DNA of 64,000 nucleotides from an uncultured Christensenella sp. (GTDB lineage Bacteria; Bacillota; Clostridia; Christensenellales; UBA3700): NCBI GenBank assembly GCA_910584975.1, contig CAJUEA010000001.1, positions 127,127 to 191,126 of the forward strand, read 5' to 3'. Shown piece by piece: positions 57,492 to 64,000 of this stretch (position 1 is its first letter; each line of letters starts with the position of its first letter). The notes under the pieces were generated by a model. It saw only the letters and a program-made list of their open reading frames with translations, ran no database searches and was not told where the DNA came from. The position numbers and the translations under genes were made by a program.

Positions 57492-57838
57492 GGCAGAGTG
57501 TGTTAAGGATGTAGAAATGCGAGTTTCTAAGATTATTAAGAATATAAAGACATAATATAATAAACTATTTTCAGTAAGTGTCGGTTTTGATAAATTGATT
57601 AGGAAATTGGTAGCGTAAGAATAGTTTTGATATAATTTAAATGAATATTGGAAAAGGGTTTCAGTCATAAGTTGGCTGAAATTTCTTTGTTATAATGGGG
57701 AAAATAAAAAAATTTTGCTTAAAATGGGTAAAAAACACCCTAAAATGGTCAAAAAAGTGTGTTTTTTGCAAAAATGATACACACGGACGAGTTGAGATTG
57801 AAAAATATTGAAAAATGCAGGAAAATGTTTGACATAAA

Positions 57839-57867
57839 TGTTTTAATTGTATATAATGATAAGGCTG
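57839..57867 (+). promoter_or_regulatory. Sigma-70-type promoter of the S10 ribosomal-protein operon
   Basis: TTGACA (57839-57844), 17-nt spacer, TATAAT (57862-57867); leaves a ~175-nt leader before rpsJ. Confidence 0.65.
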
Positions 57868-58043
57868 TTGTAATGGGATGAAACGGTAAGTTACTGAAAA
57901 ATTGCAGATAATTATCGTGGACAATGGTTCGACAATCGGGCGACTAACTCTTATGGGCGGAAACGCCTTTTTAAAAAGCAACAGTACGACACACACGGTA
58001 AAGTGAAAAATAAAACGAGTTAGGAAAACAGGAGGTCATTAAA

Positions 58044-58352
58044 ATGGCAACACAAAAAATCAGAATTAAGCTAAAGGCTTATGATCACAACCTTATTGAT
58101 GTAGCAGCAGAGAAAATTGTTGATACAATCAAAAGACACAACACAAAGGTAGCAGGTCCTATTCCTCTACCAACAGAGAAAGAAGTAGTAACTATTATCC
58201 GTTCTCCACACAAATATAAAGATAGTAGAGAACAATTTGAACTTAGAACACACAAGCGTCTTATTGATATCTTTAACCCAACCGCACAAGCAGTTGACAG
58301 CCTAATGAAATTGGATTTGCCAGCTGGCGTTGATATCAATATTAAGCTTTAA
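58044..58352 (+). CDS. rpsJ: 30S ribosomal protein S10
   Basis: [15 protein letters not shown]…; canonical S10; RBS AGGAGG. Confidence 0.97.
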   Translation: MATQKIRIKLKAYDHNLIDVAAEKIVDTIKRHNTKVAGPIPLPTEKEVVTIIRSPHKYKDSREQFELRTHKRLIDIFNPTAQAVDSLMKLDLPAGVDINIKL

Positions 58353-58386
58353 TAAAATAGATTAAAAATGGAGGTGAACTTTATCA

Positions 58387-59016
58387 ATGAATAAAGCAAT
58401 CGTCGGAAAGAAAATTGGTATGAGCCAAATATTCAATGAGGATGGCAAAGTTATCCCAGTAACAGTTGTGGAGGCAGGTCCATGTCCCGTTGTGCAAAAG
58501 AAAACAGTAGAAAAAGATGGTTATGAGGCAATTCAAGTTGCATTCGGCACTATCAATAGCAAAAATGTAAACAAACCTGTTGCAGGTCATTACAAGAAAG
58601 CTGGTGTTGAGCCAAAGAGAATTTTGAAAGAGTTCAAATTTGACAACTGCGCTAGCTATGAAATCGGAGCAGAAATCAAAGCAGACATTTTCGCAGTAGG
58701 CGATAAAGTTGATATTTCTGGTACTTCTAAAGGTAAAGGTTTTAGTGGTACAATCAAAAGACACAATTTCCACATTGGTCCTATGGCACACGGTTCTGGT
58801 TATCACAGAGGTGTTGGTTCTATGGGTTCTTGCTCAAGCCCATCAAGGGTATTCAAGAACAAGAAAATGCCAGGTCAATATGGTAACACAAAATGCACAG
58901 TTCAAAACTTGCAAATTGTAAAAGTAGATGCAGAGCGTAATATTTTGCTAGTTAAGGGTGCAATCCCTGGTGCTAAGGGCGGAATCGTTATCGTTAAGCA
59001 ATCTTGCAAAGGTTAA
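58387..59016 (+). CDS. rplC: 50S ribosomal protein L3
   Basis: …[10 protein letters not shown]…; position after rpsJ. Confidence 0.97.
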   Translation: MNKAIVGKKIGMSQIFNEDGKVIPVTVVEAGPCPVVQKKTVEKDGYEAIQVAFGTINSKNVNKPVAGHYKKAGVEPKRILKEFKFDNCASYEIGAEIKADIFAVGDKVDISGTSKGKGFSGTIKRHNFHIGPMAHGSGYHRGVGSMGSCSSPSRVFKNKKMPGQYGNTKCTVQNLQIVKVDAERNILLVKGAIPGAKGGIVIVKQSCKG

Positions 59017-59030
59017 TGGAGGGCTTAAAA

Positions 59031-59651
59031 ATGGAAATGAAAGTTGTAAATGCCACTGGTAAAAAAGTTGGCACAATCGAATTAAATAGTGCAGTTTTTG
59101 AGCAAGAGTACAATGAGGCTCTGATCCATCAAGTTGTTGTTGCTCAGCTAGCAAATAAAAGACAAGGTACAAAAAGCACTTTAACAAGAGCAGAAGTTCG
59201 TGGTGGTGGTATCAAACCTTGGAGACAAAAGGGTACTGGTAGAGCAAGACAAGGTAGCATTCGTGCTCCACAATGGATCAAAGGTGGTGTAGTATTTGCA
59301 CCAAAGCCAAGAGATTTCAGTCAAAAAATCAATCAAAAGATGAAAGTTGCTGCTTTAAAGAGTGCTTTGTCTGCAAAAGTTCGTGATAATGAAATGACAA
59401 TTATCAACGAGGTTAAAGCAGAAAACGGCAAAACAAAAGAAATCGCAGCTATTTTGAAAAATCTAAAGATGGATAAAAGAGTTCTTTTGGTAGTAAGCGA
59501 GCATGACGAACTTGTTATCAGAGCTTGCCGCAATATCGAAAATGTTACTCTTATCAACGCATCTTTAATCAATGTATACGATGTGGTTAGCAACGCAAAT
59601 TGCATAATGACAAAAGATGCAGTTAAGAAAATTGAGGAGGTGTACGCATAA
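59031..59651 (+). CDS. rplD: 50S ribosomal protein L4
   Basis: …[20 protein letters not shown]…; ATG 59031 follows GGAGGG. Confidence 0.95.
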   Translation: MEMKVVNATGKKVGTIELNSAVFEQEYNEALIHQVVVAQLANKRQGTKSTLTRAEVRGGGIKPWRQKGTGRARQGSIRAPQWIKGGVVFAPKPRDFSQKINQKMKVAALKSALSAKVRDNEMTIINEVKAENGKTKEIAAILKNLKMDKRVLLVVSEHDELVIRACRNIENVTLINASLINVYDVVSNANCIMTKDAVKKIEEVYA

Positions 59652-59941
59652 TGAACGCTTACGATATCATTATCAGCCCTATCCTAACAGAAAAGAGTTA
59701 TGAAGGCATTGATGCAATGAAGTACACTTTTAAGGTGGACACAAGAGCAACTAAAACTCAAATCAAAAGAGCCGTTGAGGAAATTTTTGGTGTTAAAGTT
59801 GCAAAAGTAAATACAGTAAATTATGATGGTAAAATCAAAAGAATGGGCAGAAGTGAGGGAAGAACAGCATCTTTCAAAAAAGCTTATGTTCAACTTACAG
59901 CAGATAGCAAGCGTATCGAGTTCTTCGATAGCTTAGCATAA
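59651..59941 (+). CDS. rplW: 50S ribosomal protein L23
   Basis: …[10 protein letters not shown]…; TAATG overlap with rplD. Confidence 0.95.
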   Translation: MNAYDIIISPILTEKSYEGIDAMKYTFKVDTRATKTQIKRAVEEIFGVKVAKVNTVNYDGKIKRMGRSEGRTASFKKAYVQLTADSKRIEFFDSLA

Positions 59942-59958
59942 GAGCGGAGGTATTAATA

Positions 59959-60786
59959 ATGGCTATTAAAAGATATAAACCAACTTCTCCAGCCCGTCGT
60001 TTTATGAGTGTTTCTGCTTTTGACGAAATCACAAGCACAAAGCCAGAGAGAAGTTTGCTTGACACTCAGAGCAAATCAGGTGGTAGAAATAATAATGGTA
60101 GAATCACTGTTAGACATATTGGCGGTGGTAATAGACAAAAATACAGAATTATCGATTTCAAGAGAAATAAAGATAACATTCCTGCAAAAGTTGCTGAAAT
60201 TCAATACGATCCAAATCGTACAGCAAATATCGCATTGCTACACTATGCAGATGGCGCAAAAGCTTACATCTTGGCACCAGTTGGCTTGAACAAAGGCGAT
60301 GTTGTTATGAGTGGCAGCAAGGCAGAAATCAAAGTTGGCAACTGCCTACCAATTGAGAATATTCCAGTAGGTTCATTGTTGCACAACATTGAGTTGCACC
60401 CTGGCAAAGGCGGACAAATCGCAAGAGCAGCAGGTCAAGCAGCACAACTTATGGCAAAAGAAAGCAAATATGCTATTTTGAGATTGCCATCTGGCGAAAT
60501 GAGATATGTATTATTGTCTTGCAGAGCAACAATCGGTCAAGTGGGCAACTTAGATCACGAAATCGTAAGTATCGGTAAAGCTGGTAGACATCGTCATATG
60601 GGTGTTAAGCCAACTGTCCGTGGTGTTGTAATGAACCCTTGTGATCACCCTCACGGTGGTGGTGAAGGTAAGTCACCAATCGGTATGCCAAGCCCAGTTA
60701 CTCCTTGGGGTAAACCAGCACTTGGTTACAAGACAAGAAAGAAGAAGAACAGAACTAATAAGTTCATTATCAAGCGTGCGAACTAA
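59959..60786 (+). CDS. rplB: 50S ribosomal protein L2
   Basis: [14 protein letters not shown]…, …[13 protein letters not shown]…. Confidence 0.98.
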   Translation: MAIKRYKPTSPARRFMSVSAFDEITSTKPERSLLDTQSKSGGRNNNGRITVRHIGGGNRQKYRIIDFKRNKDNIPAKVAEIQYDPNRTANIALLHYADGAKAYILAPVGLNKGDVVMSGSKAEIKVGNCLPIENIPVGSLLHNIELHPGKGGQIARAAGQAAQLMAKESKYAILRLPSGEMRYVLLSCRATIGQVGNLDHEIVSIGKAGRHRHMGVKPTVRGVVMNPCDHPHGGGEGKSPIGMPSPVTPWGKPALGYKTRKKKNRTNKFIIKRAN

Positions 60787-60800
60787 TTGGAGGATATAAA

Positions 60801-61079
60801 ATGAGTAGGTCAGTTAAAAAAGGACCTTTCGTAGAAGAAAGGCTTATAAATAGAGTAATTGCTATGAACAATGAGAATAAAAAGACTGTAATCAAGACTT
60901 GGTCAAGATCATCAACTATATTCCCTGAAATGGTAGGTCATACTATCGCAGTTCATGACGGCAGAAAACATGTTCCTGTTTACATCACAGAGGATATGGT
61001 AGGTTGCAAACTAGGTGAATTTGCTCCAACAAGAACTTTTAAAGGTCATGCTGGTGGCAAAACAACTGGTGGCAGATAA
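60801..61079 (+). CDS. rpsS: 30S ribosomal protein S19
   Basis: [10 protein letters not shown]…[17 protein letters not shown]. Confidence 0.97.
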   Translation: MSRSVKKGPFVEERLINRVIAMNNENKKTVIKTWSRSSTIFPEMVGHTIAVHDGRKHVPVYITEDMVGCKLGEFAPTRTFKGHAGGKTTGGR

Positions 61080-61095
61080 TTAGGAGGTAATAATA

Positions 61096-61485
61096 ATGGC
61101 AACAAGAGTTAAAACTAAATCAGAAAATCGTGCTTTAAATGCTGATAAGCGTCCAAGAGCAGTTGCAAAGTATGTTAGAATTTCTCCTGATAAGGTAAGA
61201 ATTGTTCTTGATATTATCCGTGGCAAAAGCTATGTTGAGGCAATCGCTATTCTTAAAAACACAAGAAAAGCTGCTTGCGAGCCACTTATCAAGCTTGTAA
61301 ATTCAGCTGCTGCAAATGCTGAAAACAACTTGAATATGAACAAGAATGATTTGTTTATCGCAGAATGTTTTGCAAATGGTGGTCCAATTCTTAAGAGAGT
61401 TCAACCAGTTTCAAAAGGCAGAGCTTACAGAATCAATAAGCGTACAAGCCATATTACCGTTATCTTAGATACGGTTACTGAGTAA
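61096..61485 (+). CDS. rplV: 50S ribosomal protein L22
   Basis: …[17 protein letters not shown]…; operon position. Confidence 0.95.
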   Translation: MATRVKTKSENRALNADKRPRAVAKYVRISPDKVRIVLDIIRGKSYVEAIAILKNTRKAACEPLIKLVNSAAANAENNLNMNKNDLFIAECFANGGPILKRVQPVSKGRAYRINKRTSHITVILDTVTE

Positions 61486-61496
61486 GGAGGTATCCC

Positions 61497-62171
61497 ATGG
61501 GACAAAAAGTTAATCCACACGGACTTAGAGTAGGTATCATTAAAGGTTGGGATGCTCAATGGTATGCTGACAAAAAGAATTTTTCAGCAAACTTGATTGA
61601 GGACCAAAAAATCAGAAAATTCATTAAAAAGACATATTTCACAAGTGGTATCAGCAAAGTTACTATTGAAAGAATTCTTTCAAGTGCAGCAGATATCGTT
61701 ATGGTAAATGTTTACACTTCTAAGCCAGGCGTACTTATCGGTAAAGGTGGCGAGGGTGTTAATCTAATGAAAGAGCAAATTAAGAAAATTGCTCCAGGCA
61801 AACAAATTAATATCAATATTTACGAAATCAATCGTCCTGATATTGATGCACAATTAGTTGCAGAAAGCATTGCTGCACAACTTGAAAAGAGAGCTGCTTT
61901 CCGTCGTACTATGAAACAAGCAATTTCAAGAGCTATGAAAGGTGGTGCTAAGGGTATCAAAACAATGTGCTCAGGCAGACTTGATGGTGCAGAAATTGCA
62001 AGATCTGAGAGTTATCACGAGGGTTCAATTCCTCTTCAAACTCTAAGAGCTGATATCGACTATGCTACTGCTGAAGCTCATACAACATTCGGTATTATCG
62101 GTGTTAAAGTATGGATTTACAAAGGTGAAGTGCTTGGTCGTGGTATCAAAAAGGAAGGAGGTAAAGCGTAA
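61497..62171 (+). CDS. rpsC: 30S ribosomal protein S3
   Basis: [13 protein letters not shown]…; KH domain. Confidence 0.97.
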   Translation: MGQKVNPHGLRVGIIKGWDAQWYADKKNFSANLIEDQKIRKFIKKTYFTSGISKVTIERILSSAADIVMVNVYTSKPGVLIGKGGEGVNLMKEQIKKIAPGKQININIYEINRPDIDAQLVAESIAAQLEKRAAFRRTMKQAISRAMKGGAKGIKTMCSGRLDGAEIARSESYHEGSIPLQTLRADIDYATAEAHTTFGIIGVKVWIYKGEVLGRGIKKEGGKA

Positions 62172-62593
62172 TGTTAATGCCTAAGAGAGTTAAAAGAAGA
62201 CGCGTTCATCGTGGAAGAATGAAGGGCGAGGCTAACAAGGGCAATCAAGTTGCTTACGGCGAGTATGGCTTGGTAAGTTTGGAGCCATCTTGGGTTACTT
62301 CAAATCAAATTGAGGCTGCCCGTATCGCAATGACGCGTTATGTTAAGAGGGGTGGTAAAGTTTGGATAAACATTTTCCCTCACAAACCTATTACAAAAAA
62401 ACCTGCAGAAACTCGTATGGGTTCTGGTAAAGGTTCAGTAGAATACTGGGTTGCAGTAGTAAAACCAGGCCGTGTAATGTTTGAAATGGCTGGTGTACCA
62501 GAAGAAGTAGCAAGAGAGGCATTCAGACTTGCAAGTCATAAATTGCCTGTTAAATGCAAATTCGTTAAAAAAGAAGAAGGCGGTGAGTGTTAA
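62171..62593 (+). CDS. rplP: 50S ribosomal protein L16
   Basis: [19 protein letters not shown]…. Confidence 0.97.
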   Translation: MLMPKRVKRRRVHRGRMKGEANKGNQVAYGEYGLVSLEPSWVTSNQIEAARIAMTRYVKRGGKVWINIFPHKPITKKPAETRMGSGKGSVEYWVAVVKPGRVMFEMAGVPEEVAREAFRLASHKLPVKCKFVKKEEGGEC

Positions 62594-62826
62594 TGAAGGC
62601 TAATGAGTTATTTGATATGACAAACAAAGAATTGGAAGTAAAATTGGATTCTTTAAAACAAGAGTTGTTTAACCTTCGTTTTAAGCACGCAACTGGTCAA
62701 CTTGAAAACGCTAATCAACTTAATTTTATTAAGAAAGATATTGCTAGAGTTAAGACTGTTCTTCGTCAAAGAGAGTTAAACATCTCAGTAGAGCCTAAGA
62801 GCAAATCTGCAAAAAAGGCTAAGTAA
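62593..62826 (+). CDS. rpmC: 50S ribosomal protein L29
   Basis: [30 protein letters not shown]…; ATG 62593 overlaps rplP stop (TAATG). Confidence 0.93.
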   Translation: MKANELFDMTNKELEVKLDSLKQELFNLRFKHATGQLENANQLNFIKKDIARVKTVLRQRELNISVEPKSKSAKKAK

Positions 62827-62841
62827 TTGGAGGATAAGTAA

Positions 62842-63096
62842 ATGGAAAGAAATCTTAGAAAGAGTAGAGTTGGCTTAGTTGTCAGCGACAAGATGGACAA
62901 AACTATCACTGTTGCGGTTATGCAAAAAGTTAAACATCCTCTATATGGAAAAACTGTTAATAAAACCAAGAAGTTTATGGCACACGATGAGAACAACAGT
63001 GCTGGTATCGGTGATAAAGTTCTTATTGTAGAGACTCGTCCAATGAGTAAAAACAAGCATTTCAGACTTGCAGAAATCATTGAGAAGGCTAAGTAA
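62842..63096 (+). CDS. rpsQ: 30S ribosomal protein S17
   Basis: …[16 protein letters not shown]…HDENN…; operon position. Confidence 0.95.
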   Translation: MERNLRKSRVGLVVSDKMDKTITVAVMQKVKHPLYGKTVNKTKKFMAHDENNSAGIGDKVLIVETRPMSKNKHFRLAEIIEKAK

Positions 63097-63107
63097 GGAG
63101 GTACAAA

Positions 63108-63476
63108 ATGATAATTCCAGAAAGTAAATTGAATGTGGCTGATAACACAGGCGCAAAAGAAATCAAATGTATCAGAGTACTTGGTGGCTCATTCCGCAGA
63201 TATGGTAATATCGGTGATGTTATTGTTGCAAGTGTTCAAACTGCTACTCCAGGTGGCGTTGTAAAGAAGGGTGATGTTGTAAAAGCTGTTATCGTAAGAA
63301 CAAAAAAAGGTATCAGAAGAAATGATGGTACTCACATCAGATTTGACGACAATGCAGCAGTTATCATTGATAACCAAAAACAACCAAAAGGCACTCGTAT
63401 CTTTGGACCTATCGCGCGTGAACTTCGTGATAAAGATTATATGAGAATTATTTCTCTGGCACCAGAAGTGCTTTAA
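63108..63476 (+). CDS. rplN: 50S ribosomal protein L14
   Basis: [18 protein letters not shown]…. Confidence 0.97.
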   Translation: MIIPESKLNVADNTGAKEIKCIRVLGGSFRRYGNIGDVIVASVQTATPGGVVKKGDVVKAVIVRTKKGIRRNDGTHIRFDDNAAVIIDNQKQPKGTRIFGPIARELRDKDYMRIISLAPEVL

Positions 63477-63489
63477 TTGGAGGGACTTA

Positions 63490-63921
63490 ATGAATAATTT
63501 ACATGTTAAGAAAGGCGATAGTGTTATGATTATTGCTGGTAAAGATAAAGGTAAATCAGGTTCAGTTGTTAAAGTTGATGTAGAAAATGGCAGAGTTCTT
63601 GTTGAGGGCGCAAACATTGCTACCAACTATGTAAAACCTCGTAGCGCACAAGATAAAGGTGGTATCGTTAAAAAAGAAGCTCCTATTGATGCAAGTAATG
63701 TTATGATTATTTGCCCAGAGTGCGGTAAGGCAACTAAAGCTGGACACAGAGTAGAAAATGTTGACGGCAAAGATGTAAAAATTCGTTTTTGCAAAAAGTG
63801 CAATGCATCTTTAGAGAAGAAGGCTACAAAAGTTGCTAAAAAAGCAACAAAAAAGACTTCTACTACTAAGAAGGCAACAAAGAAAACTGCTGAGGCAGAA
63901 AACGCTGAAAAAGCTGAATAA
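63490..63921 (+). CDS. rplX: 50S ribosomal protein L24, with CxxC…CxxC pair and a ~35-aa Lys/Ala/Thr-rich C-terminal tail
   Basis: …HVKKGDSVMIIAGKDKGKSG… KOW motif; CPEC…CKKC; tail KKATKVAKKATKKTSTTKKATKKTAEAENAEKAE. Confidence 0.93.
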   Translation: MNNLHVKKGDSVMIIAGKDKGKSGSVVKVDVENGRVLVEGANIATNYVKPRSAQDKGGIVKKEAPIDASNVMIICPECGKATKAGHRVENVDGKDVKIRFCKKCNASLEKKATKVAKKATKKTSTTKKATKKTAEAENAEKAE

Positions 63922-63935
63922 TGGAGGATTAAACA

Positions 63936-64000
63936 GTGGCTAATCAAGTTAAAAATAGAGTTAAAGCTAACTATGAAAAAGTTGTAGTTCCTGCTTTAAT
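63936..64000 (+). CDS. rplE: 50S ribosomal protein L5, 3'-truncated by window edge
   Basis: GTG start after GGAGGA; MANQVKNRVKANYEKVVVPAL… typical L5 N-terminus; operon position. Confidence 0.85.
   Translation, partial: MANQVKNRVKANYEKVVVPAL

Noticed and set aside
57705-57821. 38-codon ORF MGKIKKFCLKWVKNTLKWSKKCVFCKNDTHGRVEIEKY in the S10 upstream region
   Set aside because: It has no Shine-Dalgarno sequence. Its ATG lies inside a -10-like TATAAT, the A/T-rich composition easily yields Lys-rich ORFs, and I cannot support it without conservation or ribosome profiling data.
57438-57996. Minus-strand ORFs 57438..57668 and 57661..57996
   Set aside because: They overlap the repeat units and the S10 promoter and leader. 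They have no RBS and implausible composition.

Overview
AT-rich, almost fully coding chromosomal segment from a low-GC Bacillota (Clostridia-like) bacterium. All calls come from reading the sequence and ORF translations by eye and from remembered family motifs; no searches were run. Core blocks with familiar Firmicute gene order: relA (5'-partial)-MBL hydrolase-hemZ; rpsO-pnp; M16 peptidase-dUTPase-like-ftsK-rimO-pgsA-cinA-recA-rny; split transketolase; MarR plus two ABC exporter genes; M29 aminopeptidase; gap; and the start of the S10/spc ribosomal-protein operon (rpsJ through partial rplE). Accessory content: (1) a lipoprotein plus a 1590-aa secreted repeat protein ending in a Gly-X-Y/GGX glycine-rich tip (6.9-12.2 kb); (2) a divergent TetR / SDR-zinc-ribbon / EFR1-type ferredoxin module (24.9-28.0 kb); (3) a 42-55 kb segment rich in phosphoesterases with a lone tyrosine recombinase, a THF riboswitch-folT unit and an AlkP-like/GPH transporter/AlkP-like operon; (4) directly upstream of the S10 operon, a 742-aa cytoplasmic Zn-ribbon-TIR-coiled-coil-LRR protein (55084-57312). 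Opposite-orientation copies of an interspersed intergenic repeat family flank this gene. It is my best candidate for a previously undescribed system, namely a single-gene TIR/LRR immune sensor. I also found a strongly over-represented, transcription-co-oriented motif (TC[GA]AAAATCG core with conserved flanks, 9 strict copies) of unknown function. I saw no rRNA, tRNA or CRISPR array. Most antisense ORFs in the supplied track look spurious.
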